Assembly: GCA_000442015.1 (NCBI GenBank)
Contig: KE561161.1
Coordinates: 1 to 64,000 of the forward strand
Length of the DNA: 64,000 nt
From: Rozella allomycis CSF55
Lineage: Eukaryota
Direction of reading: 5' to 3'
In this document: positions 13,682-26,866 of the stretch, piece after piece
Position numbering within the stretch: position 1 is the stretch's first letter
Layout of the letters: every line of letters begins with the position of its first letter
Position numbers and translations under genes: made by a program
Notes under the pieces: generated by a model
What the model was told of the DNA's origin: nothing
Databases searched by the model: none
What the model saw: the letters and a program-made list of their open reading frames with translations, nothing else

Positions 13682-15640
13682 CTACAAGAAATCAGTTTTC
13701 TCAAAATTTTTCATGTTCCATTCTTTTATCAGTGTTTCAGGATCCTTTAAGAGGAATTCGGTGAGTCGTAGAGAAATATTGCCAAGTTTTCTCACATACC
13801 TTTTTAATCGCTAAAGACATTTTTACTTTGATGTTCTTTTGGATTGAAAGTATTTGGCTTTCTTTTTGAGCCATGGAATCAAATACAAATAGTTTGAAGA
13901 ATCTTCCACTGCATTACTGCTTTGAATAATTTCATTGTACTTAACTCTAAAGTCATCGCTTATTAATGACAAACAATATCCTTACCAACAATCTTTTTGG
14001 CATTTTTCAAAAATAACATCAGCCCATGTCACGGGCATCGAATTGCATGTCGCTAATGAGCAAAGTAGAATATTTTTAATGGTCAAGAATTCACTGATTT
14101 CAACACGATTAGAAGGTTCGTTTGGCAGGAAAATACTTTGTGTAAACTCTGGGAGTGGGTTTGTATAACATTCTGACTCTTGATAGAAGTTGAGATTTAA
14201 TTTTGAATCTATCAAAGATAGTTGTTCAATGTTCTCAAACTCTAAATTTTCCGATCCTGAGATTAGGGTTGATTTGAAGTCACAGTAGCGACAACGCTCA
14301 GGAATCTTTTTTGACAACTTGAACTTTCTAGTAGTCCTTAAAAATAAAAATTCCAATTGATTTATCGACTTTCTTAAATTAAAATTTGATTCTGCCAGGG
14401 TTGATAATGCTAAATCTTCGCCAATTAAGAAATCATCCATCAAGTACTCCAATTTCTGCCTCTCTGTCAATTTATTTAATTCAATGTAGCAAACATTATC
14501 GAGGCTGAGATTGCAACCCATTTTAACTAGACCTTCAAAGTTACCTACTTAAAATTGTTGTAAAATGGTACAAATAGATGTTAAGATTATTGGATGTTTA
14601 GAAGTACATGCAATTTGCCCAACCGCATTCCAAAAATCGGTGTCTCCGGTCATTAAAAGATCTACACTTTCCATTACGTAAACAGCGGAGCTTTGAAGGC
14701 TATCTTTGTGCCCAAACATTGTTGATTTTAAATGATTGTTCTGAATAGAGTCTCCAAGCATTGAAAGAATATTGCTTTTGGATCTAACCATGGAACAATC
14801 GATATTGACGATATCAAAGTTAAGCTTTGAAGCCACTCGTTCGATCAACGAAGTTTTTCCACATCCTTCAGGACCAGCTAAGAAAAGACATGGATAACTA
14901 AATTTCTTGCTAGTGAATTTATCAAATGTCCCAAAGTCATCCTCGAAATCATTCTCAGTGAAAAAATTAAATTGTTGGAATGATGATGTGTAATTTTCAT
15001 CAGCAGCGTTCGGATACATATGAAAAGGCCTTTTAATCTTTTTTTCACCTCTCCATTGAAGTATCCAATCTGACAACGCATCCTCTTCCTTTGAAAACCA
15101 ATTTCGAAACAAGTTTCGTCGGTCATTAACGTTAATATTTTCTTCAGTTTCGTCAAATTTAATTTCATTGTATCTAAACTCATCTCTAGACTCTGGTGCT
15201 CTTAAAGTCATTCGTTTCATTGATCTACATTGTTCCCAAACTGGTTCAATTGATGATTGTGTCGTAGATATAGCAGGAAAGTCTGGAAAATTCAGTTTCT
15301 TTAATGTGTCGCGTGTAAAGTATGGATCAAATGTATCTTCAACAGCCTTCTCTTTACCAACCTTCATTGCATTCCTTTGGCTCCTATCAAAAAATGGGTG
15401 AAGCCCAGCATCTACATTGACATTTCTAATGACAATTTTCTCTATGTTTTTTTCTATCTTTATCTTTTTTGTATCATTATCTGGAGGAACCTTTTTCTGC
15501 CTTTTCTTCAAATCAAAGAAGGGGTGAATCTTTTTAGGTGTTTCAATAACAGTAAAATCAGGATCCGATTTTACAGATGATTCATCTAATATTATATGAT
15601 CGCTCGATAGAATTTCTATCTCATCCAATTTTTTTGTCAT
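13682..15640 (-). CDS. ELG1: Elg1/ATAD5-like RFC large subunit (AAA+)
   Basis: Walker A GPEGCGKT, IDCSMVRS, VMESVDLL, SKHPIILT; 3 introns. Confidence 0.75.
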
Positions 15641-15662
15641 CACCCCTTTGAAATTTACAATA

Positions 15663-16297
15663 TTACAAAAAATAAGAAGGAAACAAAAAATAGTGTCCAA
15701 CCACTAATTTATTTAGTTGTGATTTAAATAGTTCGCTTGTTATAACGCTCCCTTTGGATAAATTGGCCGCACTTTGATTGGGATTTTTGACATGATATTC
15801 CACATACACCGATTCATATATGTTTTTAAGCATTCCCTGCAAATTTTCTTGATATGGATCTGTTATTAGGACAAATTTTAGTCCGCTAGCCGTTTCGAAC
15901 AGGTGCAATTTGTACATGCTGGTTTTAAAACTAATGAATTTGTTCCTAAATAATTAGAATTTACATTATCCTACGACCCTGTTACAGATAATTTGCCGCA
16001 CATATTTTTTAAAGAGAAAATTAATCCATAAACTAATTTTGCGTGTTCATCTTTCTCGCTCTCTGTCATATTGCTAAATACACTAGGTAAATTTTCTACT
16101 TCATTCGATGTTTTTTCTTCAGCTTGGTTCATACTACTTATTCTTCTGTGTCCACCCAAGACGCGTCTAGTCGCTGCAGAAAAAGCAAGTGAGGTCGTTG
16201 AGGTGGAGCTAGATTCTGTTTGATTAGAAACTTTGGGGAATTCGTGATTCAACAAACACTGACAATGTCTATCAAAAATGTACAAATGGTATATCAT
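15663..16297 (-). CDS. BET5: TRAPP subunit Bet5/TRAPPC1
   Basis: YIFDRHCQCL, KLVYGLIFSLK, YKLHLFETASGLKFVLITD, YVEYHVKNP. Confidence 0.9.
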
Positions 16298-16350
16298 TTA
16301 AGAAAAATCCAAAATGCTATTTTTAAGAGAATATCTCCGCTATTAAAAGG

Positions 16351-17666
16351 ATGACAAAGGATCTTAATAGTTTGCCCAAGACGAAAAGAAATTTTGTTTC
16401 CTATTTTGAAAAAATCAACAGATGTTTAGATGAGAGAAAATCTAGGGTTATGGATCTTTGTGACAAATCGAAAAGCATGTTTGTTGAAGCGTCAAAACCA
16501 AAGAAATTATTTAAATTAATGCACCATGAGCCGAATGTACATGATGATAATGATATCCCGATCCGAATTAACAAAACAGGGATGAGAGAAATAAAACCCC
16601 ATAGGCACGTTAAGGGGAAATTAAAGAGAGAGGCAGTGGATTTGAAACTTACAAATCCAATAGAGAACTTGAAATACAGAAATAATAAAGTGAATTGTGA
16701 AAACTTTTTCCCATCAAATATCAAAAGACTTCCAAAACGAACAAGGCAAACCATGTCAGCCCCAGCGTCTGGATTTCAAGTAACAAGCGATAATTGATTA
16801 AATTTAGTTTCGAGTTTTAAAAGATGAATATTTTTCTTTTCAAATGGAAAATCATCCAACGTTATCTCGAAGACCACAAACAAGTTATAGAGAATTTAAA
16901 CTACCCGAAGAAAAAGAAATTGAGAGATATCATTTCATCAACATAGTTTTTAAGGATGCGGTTAAAAAGCGAGAACAATTCAATCTTGGGCAAACTGGTC
17001 AAGCTTTTGAGACTCGATCACTGGATTCCCCTCCCATCAGTTACGAAGAGAATTCAATCTCTTTGAAGTCAACAAAGTCAAACTTTTCCATTAAATCTTT
17101 TCCATTTGAGGAGAAAAGAAAACAGATTTTTGAACAGTATTCAAAGAAAAGTCCAAAGCCGGTAGAAAAAGAAGTTGTGGCAAAGAAATACCCCAAAAAG
17201 AAGAAAAAACCATCTTTTTCAAGAAAGGCTGACAAAGTAGGACCTTCATCAATAAGTGGCGAATCAAGTAATGATCAACTGGAGCAATTCCCTGAATCCT
17301 TGGAGGCTATTCTTCAAACTTTAACATCAAAGGAAAAGTCGATCGTTAAAGAAACCTCCAGAGTTGTTCAAATACCTGAAAACGACGCACTTAAAGGCGT
17401 AAAGTTGATTGATTTGCTTAATTTAACAAATACACGCGAGATTCTAAAAGCTCGACGGTAATTAAAACATTTTGTTAATAAAGACTGTGGCGACGTTCCT
17501 CCAATACAGAAAGAGCAATGTTTTCAAAAGCATTCTTGGAAAACTTGTAAAGTTATTATTAAAGTCTAGAAATAGGAAGCAACAACAATCCGCCATTGGC
17601 GAAATACACGAGCAAGAAGAATTAGAAGAAATGCAGAAAGAAGAAAAACAAGTTACGTTCGAGTAA
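16351..17666 (+). CDS. Hypothetical basic protein (4 exons)
   Basis: ORFs joined by 26-29 nt GT-AG introns. Confidence 0.55.
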
Positions 17667-17695
17667 CTTTAGAATTTTATTTTATAAATTTATGT

Positions 17696-18454
17696 TTAAG
17701 ATCGTAAATCTTGTAATCTTTGTTGCATATTTTCTTCATCCACTAGTTGCTGATCTGAAGACTTTAGTTTGGTTGCAGGGGCAACAATGCCTTGCGTTAA
17801 TTCGTTCAGGACTTTGTCAACTTCTTCCTCAGCCTCTTCTTCTATTTCTTCGTCGTCCATTCCAAGCGTTTCTTCCATCATCTCTTCCATAATCCCTAAA
17901 TCTTTACAAAGTTAATTTCTAACCCGCTTTCATCATTTCTTTTGACATGTCCATCATGGTCTTTTGCATTTCAGGGAGACGTATCAAGTTATTGGCAAGC
18001 TTCATTATAACTGTACTCTTTTGAATAACACCAGCAACTTTAATCGATGCTATATTTTCTAAAGGCAATATCTTTACATACTTGTTGCTGAAGCTGCATG
18101 GACAAAGAGCTAAGCTGGGCTTTGTTGGTATGAAGGCGCTCTCTAGTCCTCTTTGATCTGACTAATTCTTTGGCCAAGGTTCTGCAAACTACTTGCCCAC
18201 CAGCCTGCTTTGCGGCAGTCTTAATCTCTCTTTTTACTTTAGCCTCCTGAGATTCAATATCTAAGTTGAAAGCAATGTCCTATTTCGTACTTCGTATCTG
18301 CCTGTCCAACTTGCGTTCTTCTGTTTTAAGTTGCTGTTTCCATTTTTTAACCTGTATTCTATGGATAATATTAAAATTTAATCGTTACAAAATTAAATAT
18401 AGATCACACCTGCTCCTCCAATGTAGGGCCTGAACCGAAAAGGGTTTTCATCAT
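17696..18454 (-). CDS. VPS24: ESCRT-III subunit Vps24/CHMP3
   Basis: EQVKKW, LAKELVRS, EMMKAGIMEEMM, EAEEEVDKVL, RLQDLRS; 4 introns. Confidence 0.93.
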
Positions 18455-18594
18455 ACCCGCAAATAAGAAAATTCAAAAACAAAATACAGGCAACCCAAAA
18501 ATTTAACTTCATCGTGTTTATGAATTATGAATTAAATTTATGTTTTAAGTGGTATAAGAAATCAGGAAATACATAAAGTAATGAAAACAAAAAA

Positions 18595-18675
18595 CGACAG
18601 CGACAGGATTTGAACCTGTGCGGGAAATCCCAATAGATTTCAAGTCTATCTCCTTAACCACTCGGACACGCTGTC
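18595..18675 (-). tRNA. tRNA-Ser(UGA)
   Basis: Cloverleaf with GACAGCG/CGCTGTC acceptor stem, ATAGA-CTTGAAA-TCTAT anticodon arm and long variable arm; T6 terminator follows. Confidence 0.95.
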
Positions 18676-18840
18676 TGAATTATTGGTCAAAGGTAATAAT
18701 AGATATAATAAATACTGATTTTGTCACTATTGTATAATGTGCTTCCACGATTAATATTCCATGTTTTTATCACTAAAAATCGATGTACTTTATAATTGTT
18801 TATCAATCTTCCCTTGACTTCGCCACACGTCATTTGAGTA

Positions 18841-19500
<660 letters not shown>

Positions 19501-19551
19501 CACTGCACGTATTAAATAAACCTTCAATCTTTTAATATTAAACTACATTTA

Positions 19552-21374
19552 TTAATATTTTCTATTAGCGCCAGTCGACATTAAGAGAACTTTCTTTTTC
19601 TTCTTTCCAATCTCTTGAGGCTCAGTCCATCGAGAATCATTGAAGATTGGATCGATTGAATTTGAGGAAACAGGAGAAGAAGACAAAGCTTTCACAAAAG
19701 ATGAAGGCTCGGTATTATTTACAATTGTATTGCTGCCTTTGGAAGTAGAGGGAAGTAGTGGAAAATCAGTTAATGCATTTGGGAGTGAAGTGCATAGCTT
19801 TGGTGAAGAGCGATATTCAGGGCTATAGTTATCGCCAGGTTCAGCTCCTAAAGTTGATTTCTTTTCGTTCTTTCCTTTTTCTTTTTTCTTCATTTTGGCA
19901 AATAGTTTGGCATTTCTTTGATTTATTTCGCCTACAGTAAGCGCAAAGAAAATATTGTACTTTGAAATAGATCTAAAGTTTTGGCGGAAACAATTGTTGA
20001 AAGATCAACTTGGCAAAACGAAATCTCACAATTATTTGGAAGATGAGCCAGATACTTAAATCTTTTCTTTAACTCTGGTGTCATTATGGTATCTTCAATA
20101 TCAATGACTTTAATTTCAATATCCTGCGGAAAATCACTATAGTTTATAAATTCTTGTTTTAATATTTTAATATCTAACGGATGGAAAAAGTAAAATTGGC
20201 CATTAGCCGCTCGTAAATTATCAAATTGCAAATTACCCTGGTAAAAATGATATGACGTATTTGATAAAGGTCGCGATACTGAGTTTGTTTCTTCATCCAA
20301 TTTGAATATATCATCAGTAGATTGATTACACTTGGTACCATACAAAGGCAGGCTTACTTTTGCCGGGACTATAGTAGGCGATGAAACCACATCCAAGGGC
20401 TTCTTTAATACAATTTTTTCTAGCTGATTGTTAATTTTTTGAATTAAAATATCCAAAGCTGGTATAGGACCTAATTCTTTACATGACAAACATTCATCCT
20501 TGTATGCGAGCAAAGAAGATAAATCTCTTGAGAGAATCTCTTTTTCGTGAGCTTGGTTTCCTATAAGCAGCTTTGAATAGCCGAAAGCTGGTTGAAACAA
20601 GGCTGAGGGAATGCGATTTTTCTTTACGACTTCAAATTGTTTTGAGGGCAGACAAATGGTGGAACCTTGATCTCTGGTCATCAATGTAAACTTTTGAAGT
20701 GAATCTAGACAAACTGGGGTTATCACGTTGTATGTCGCTCTTTTCAAATCTCTAGGGTTAATTGTTTCGTAGCACATTGGACACTTTCTCCATGACTTTT
20801 CATCTGAAGTTATCATGTAAATATGAATATACTTAAAGATAAATATCTCGATAAACAGCAAGAGCAAAACGTATGACCACATCTGGTAAAGGTTGGAGCA
20901 ACTGGATACTCCAGACATATTGGACATTTTGGTTCTTCTGTTGTATCGATTATCTTTTAATCATGTGACAAGCATTTACGACTTGAAGTATATTATTCCA
21001 GGGAATTTCAATATCTGGATCCAATAAATGGACCTTATAATCTTGATTTGATCGTAAAACAAACCGAAAACTATTCACATTAAATAAAAAGATTACTTTG
21101 CCTGTACATATCTCTCTTTTCTAAACGCTTGATAGTTTTTTGGCTTTCGAGGCTGAGAAGGACTAGAAGAGAGTTCACGATCTGGAAGCTGAAAGTTTAA
21201 CAGATGGTTCATTGATATTTTTCTAGGTGTATTATTATGGGAGCTCGAAGTCGATTGATCGCCTATGGTTAGCATGAAAATAAACACAAATAACAATCCA
21301 ATAAACGAAAAAATACTAAAGCAAGGAATAATACCTGTTCTTTGAAAAGGGAAACCCTTTTCATCTAACGACAT
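19552..21374 (-). CDS. RNF10: RING E3 ligase RNF10/Mag2
   Basis: [69 protein letters not shown]. Confidence 0.9.
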
Positions 21375-21424
21375 TAAAACCGTTTAACAGGGGCTCAGCC
21401 ACAAAATTGACGCAAGAAAGAACT

Positions 21425-23334
21425 TTAAAGTTTATTAAGTTCATTAACCAATCCATCAGTAAAATAATGTAGCTTGGATTCAATAGACATTCGATCTTTG
21501 AGATTGCCAACCATTTCACTGTAATACTTCACTTTTGGTTCCGTGCCAGACGTACGGAAAACAATCCATCCATTTTCAAGCTCAAAGTAAATCATCAATG
21601 ATGGAGAATAGTTTATAATCTTTTTAATTTTATATTCTCCCAAATATTCTTGTTTTTTTGACAGAAAATCAAATATTTGTGTTTTTCTTGAACGATCTTT
21701 GACTATTAAATAACCATTAGACGAAGCAAAGTATCCCAGCCTATTCATAAGAAAGAATTATCTTATACTCTTCATATATTTTGTCTAATTTATCAAAAAC
21801 ACTCAAGCCGGCAAAATGCAATTCACATAGCATCTGAAGGGCAGTTGATAGTGCACTAATCCCATCTTTATCTCTTACAAGATCAAATACCATAAACCCA
21901 ATCGCTTCTTCATATGCAAAAGGTACTCTGTATCCCTCCGATTCCAACTTTAATACTTCATTCCCAATGTATTTAAATCCAGTTAACGTTTCTTCATATC
22001 TATGTTCATTTTTAAGACAAAACGCTTTTAGCATTTTAGAAGAAACTATAGTTGTAACCATTGCAATTTGGCCTAAAAATCACCCGCCACATTAATTATT
22101 ACCAGGGCTGATCCTCTCCCTGTTCCTTAATTTCTCTACACAATAATATGCCAATAATATCCCAATTTGATTTCCGGAAAGAGTTTGCCAGTTGCTGTTT
22201 TTATCTTTGGCAGCTATCGCCAAGCGGTCTGCATCAGGATCATTTGCTAGAATAATCGAAGAATTATGCGATTCAGCAGTTTCTATCGCCAATTTCTTTC
22301 TATTAAATACGCCATGTATCTTACTAAACTTCCCTTTCCCTCCTCTGGATTGGGGTATTTCACTGTAGGAAAATCAGGGTCAGGTAAAACCTTTTAACTT
22401 TAACAAGTAACATTACCTGCTCTTTTACAGGTATTAAATATGGATATTTTATTGCTTTTAAAGCTTTTAAAATGTATTCATAGCCCACTCCATGCATTGC
22501 TGTGTATACTATAGGTAATTGTGGATAGGATTCTATGAAACGATACTTGCTCAGTCTTGAGAAATATTCCTTTGCAATCTGTTCCATTGGATCAACGCAT
22601 ATCGATGACTTTGTATATGCTTCATAATCCCAAGTTTCAGGCTCAAAATTGGAAATAATGGATTTAGCAATATCCTTGTCTGTTGGACTTACGATCTAAG
22701 AATTATCCATCAACCTTAATGGTATACCTGGCACCCATTATTCCAATACACTTTGTATCCATTATCCTCTTTGGGGTTATGAGAGGCCTTTGTTCAAGTA
22801 AAGCAAATAATTACAGTTATCATTATGCCACAAGCTGCTTTTAAAAATGTCACTGAAAATGGCTAACTAAATGAGTGTAAAATCTATTACAACAAAGGGG
22901 GTGGGACATATAGCCTGAAGCAAATATACCTTTACATTGTTTTTCAAAAAGACCGCGGTCGCTAATCTAGCGAAATCCCAAGAATGATGTCTATGGTCAT
23001 GACCAATAACTACTCCTTCACTTGTGATATTTTCCCTTGTTTTTATCAAGTGAGCACAAAGTCCCAAAGACATCAGCAAAAATATCTTACTTGAGTGGCC
23101 TGTATTATAGTTAAATCATTCATTCTATTAAATCCAGCACCCATAGATGCTCTTAATCCAGCAGTTCCAAATTCCAAATTAGTCAATAGTCTATCTTCAA
23201 GCTCGGGTAAATTCTTCTCATCTTTTGACAATAACTTTATTTCATTTAAAGTTATAGGATTCTTGAAAGCATTTATCCTGCAAATTTACTTTATCCAGCT
23301 TTAAATACAATTGCAAACGCTCGTCCAAAGACAT
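21425..23334 (-). CDS. PGM2: Phosphoglucomutase-2 / phosphopentomutase family
   Basis: FGTAGLRA, ITASHNP, YTAMHGVG, ANDPDADRL, FAYEEAIG, FRTSGTEPKVKYY; 9 introns, one of them GT-TG. Confidence 0.95.
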
Positions 23335-23349
23335 CGATAAATTTCGTAA

Positions 23350-24066
23350 ATGGATATTGAAAAGTTGGGAATAAGAAAATTGTCAGAGAAGCCTGTATAT
23401 TTAGCTTCTAAAAGCCCAAGGAGGATTGAACTTTTGCAAAGATTGGCTGTATTACTCATTTATATGCTTAACAAGTAGGGCTTTAATTTGGTTATCAAGC
23501 CATCGTTATTCAAAGAAAATCTTAAACACTCTGATTTCGAAACGCCGAAAGGTTATGTTCTAGCGACATGTGAGGCCAAAGCGAATGAAGTTTTAAATAG
23601 AATAGACGAGGCATTTTCATTACTTATATCTGCAGACACTATAGTTGTAATTGTTTCTATGAATAATTAAAGTCTTTAAATAGAACAATATTTGAAAAAG
23701 CTTCTGATAGAAGCATGGCAAAAACAATGTTACAAAGTCTATCAGGCAAAACTCATCAGGTTTATACAGGTACAACACATAAATCTATTTCAAAAAGCCG
23801 TTACTTTAATGTATTTTGTAGGGGAAGAGTTAAAGAAACATAGCTTTGTTGAAGAATCATCTGTGACATTCAATGTTCTGTCAGATTCAGCAATAGAAGC
23901 ATATTTGGATACTAATGAGTGGCAGGATAAAGCGGGATCATACGCAATCCAAGGAATATCGTCCTTTTTTATTGAGAAAATTAATGGTGACTTTTACAAC
24001 ATAATGGGCTTTCCTTGTTGTAGGTTTTTGAAAGAACTAACATATTTATTTAATGAACAAAAATAA
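23350..24066 (+). CDS. Maf-family nucleoside triphosphate pyrophosphatase
   Basis: LASKSPRR, ISADTIV, LSGKTHQV, DKAGSYAIQG, GDFYNIMGFP. Confidence 0.92.
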
Positions 24067-24067
24067 A

Positions 24068-24838
24068 CTATTTTTTCTCATAAATTCTAAGAAAATGGCG
24101 GGTATTATTAAAGTGTAATTTCCTGTACTGTTCAGGCAGTTCATACCTGAACCACTTTGAATCATATGAAGCGATGACTTTCCATGACTTATCTGCAGCG
24201 AAAAGCATATCTAGCAAGAAATAAGAAGGATAAATCTTTTCTTTAATCTTGATTACAGATACATCGCTTGCGCAGTCAATTACCATTAAAAGAGCGCCCT
24301 TTGCTGAAGCCGATATAATGTGTTTGAATAATTTTATGGTGGAAGCTTTAGATTGGGAAACAAGCTCGTTAAATACAAAGAAAAAAGTTATCAAATCCTT
24401 TGAAATTAAACTTGGTAACACTTCCAGGACATTACTCTGAGTGAAATTGGTCTCTATGTTTTGATCACAGAGTAATGATATTTTATCGAAAATTTCGCTA
24501 TAATTCCCAATGTCTATAACTTGTAAGGAACGCTTGGGATTACTAGAAAAAAAGCTAGCGAATCCAACAACTTCGGAGCCGCATCCTCCTCCAACACTTA
24601 AAATAGAATTTCTGGCTGCAAGATATTCCTTATACTCGTTAAATATATGTACAAACAATAAAGCTCGTGTGGGTATAAAATATACCGCGTATGTTGACAA
24701 AAACGAAGGATCTGAAGTAAAAAGTTCTACGTATTTTCTCTCCTTTAGTAAATATTTGATTTTGGTTAGTTGAGTTTCATCTGAATTCAAAGTATTCCAC
24801 AATTCAAGTGACAATGAGAGTGCTCGATCAAAAATCAT
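24068..24838 (-). CDS. Bmt6-like 25S rRNA uridine-N3 methyltransferase
   Basis: Y+VY+IPTRAL, SVGGGCGSE SAM motif, FFFVFNEL, KWFR; start uncertain. Confidence 0.7.
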   Translation of the reverse strand: MIFDRALSLSLELWNTLNSDETQLTKIKYLLKERKYVELFTSDPSFLSTYAVYFIPTRALLFVHIFNEYKEYLAARNSILSVGGGCGSEVVGFASFFSSNPKRSLQVIDIGNYSEIFDKISLLCDQNIETNFTQSNVLEVLPSLISKDLITFFFVFNELVSQSKASTIKLFKHIISASAKGALLMVIDCASDVSVIKIKEKIYPSYFLLDMLFAADKSWKVIASYDSKWFRYELPEQYRKLHFNNTRHFLRIYEKK

Positions 24839-24925
24839 GAGCCACAAAAAATAATACACATGTTATGATGAATTCAATGTCAGTTAAACAGTTATTGAAT
24901 TTTATTAATCTATTATTACTAGGAT

Positions 24926-26577
24926 TCAAAATAAAAGAAAAATTAAAACAACAAGGAAAATCATCGCCACACCGAATCGAGCTATTCTGCCAAGTTTTGT
25001 GTATTTCTTTATCAATAGTAATCTTTTAAGATTAAGAAATTTGATTACATTATTTGGTCAACGTAGTGAACGATGTTAAGCAAGGTTCTTTTGACTTTAT
25101 TCCTCCCTCTGACTACAACAACATCCTTGACTAGAAAATAAACAAATTGAAAAGTTACATTTTATTTTTTCTTCCAAATTTTGAGATTCTATTAAATCCA
25201 TGCTGACGGATGAAGTCCTTTTTTGGTTTTGATAAAGCAATTTATAGTCATTAACTTCTCTTTGGAGTTGATTGTTTAAAGATTCAAGTTGCGAAATTCG
25301 TTGCAATAAATCCGGGTTTGGGTTAATGAAAGAAGTTTGGTGTTGCGCTGTAGTTTCTAATTGATGTAGTTTTTGTTGTAAATTTATAATTTTTGATCGG
25401 TAGTCCTGATCTAAAACAGCATTGCTTTGTTTTTGCTGAGCAAACTTTTCATTTAATTCTGAAATTTGCTTTTCCAATTCACTCTTTTGGTTTTCCAATG
25501 AAAACAATTTGGAGGACAAATTTTCTGATTGTTTTTTATTTGAAAGAATTAAATTGGCATTTTCATGTTCTGATTTTTGAATTTTTTCATTTAGCAAAAT
25601 AATTTCTGATTCTTTTTCATTCAGCAATATTTTAAGTTTATTCAATTCCTCTTCAACGAATGAAATGTCCTTCTTATCAATTATCACAGATTCAGTTTCA
25701 ATTTCAAGTTGCTTGATCTTTATTTCAAGAGACGATATTTGTGCTTTTTGACTTTCAATCTCCTCATCTTTAACAGACATTTGATTCTTCAAGTCATTAA
25801 TTAAAGATTTCAATTCATTTGCCTCATCTTCCTTTTGTTTGTAGTCTTTAAATGAAAGAATAAAATAGTTTACTGCCTTGTAACTGAGAAGAATTTGTCA
25901 TCCACACCGAAAGGTCTTGGCTCAATGATTTAACTTGATTCTTCAAGTTTTCAATTTCTCCCACTTTAGAGGCACATACGTCTTCAAGTTGATTTAATTT
26001 TTTATTTTCTTCAAAAACTTTCTTCAAACTCTCAAAAAGTTCATTTTTATCATTTGTGCAGGAAACACGTTGTAGCTTTTGAATAAATTCATTATTTTCT
26101 CTGATTTTGTTATTTGCATTCTCCATTTCTTCACTTAATCTTTTCACAGCTTTATCTTTTGATTCCAATCTTTCCTGTAAGTCTCTATTTTCTACGCTTA
26201 TTAATTACCTAAAAGTTGCTTATTCAAAGAATTTATAGTTTCTTCATTATTATATTTGCTCTGGGTATCTTCTGCATTTTCTTTGCTTGTTTCTTTCTAA
26301 ATTGTTGGTAAAAATTACCTTGAAACCTCATACTCAAGTCGTCCTTTTCTCTAGACATTATTTTTACAACTTCTTCGGAATTTTTCAATAAATTCGAAAG
26401 TTTGTTTATTTCTTCTTGCTGCCTGACGTTGCTTTCCTCACACGACAATTTTAGATCTTCATTTTCTTTAGTCAGTGTATCCACTGTTTGTTGCAGCTGC
26501 TGAATTTTGATTTTTGCCTTTAATTTGAACTTCTTCAATTCTTCTGACGGATTAACAGTATCTTCAGGCTGAGACAT
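24926..26577 (-). CDS. Coiled-coil protein with C-terminal TM anchor (golgin-like)
   Basis: E/K/Q-rich heptads over 6 exons, ending ARFGVAMIFLVVLIFLLF*. Confidence 0.65.
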
Positions 26578-26640
26578 TCCAATTTTTCAGAAATCACGCA
26601 AATAAAATTCAAATGAAATTGACCAGTAACGTGTAATTTA

Positions 26641-26838
26641 TTAGAATAGATGGATTTGTTTTGAAACCACTGACCAAGATGCGCCTTTTGCTTGCTGACC
26701 AAGAGAAAGATATGCTCTTGTGTATTCATACGCGTAACTCCTTGATTCGTTCTCAGACCTTCCTTCACTTTTTGCTAGTAGGTATGTTTTGATATATATG
26801 TCATGTGCAAGAATTTTACTTTCAAAGTTATCGCGCAT
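26641..26838 (-). CDS. Small hypothetical protein
   Basis: 65-aa ATG-started ORF filling the intergenic gap; no recognisable motif. Confidence 0.3.
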   Translation of the reverse strand: MRDNFESKILAHDIYIKTYLLAKSEGRSENESRSYAYEYTRAYLSLGQQAKGASWSVVSKQIHLF

Positions 26839-26866
26839 GAAACACAGGTTCCCCTGAAAAACAAAA

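Noticed and set aside
25846..25876. Possible GC-AG intron in the golgin-like gene
   Set aside because: An in-frame GT donor 3 nt inside gives a normal 28-nt intron.
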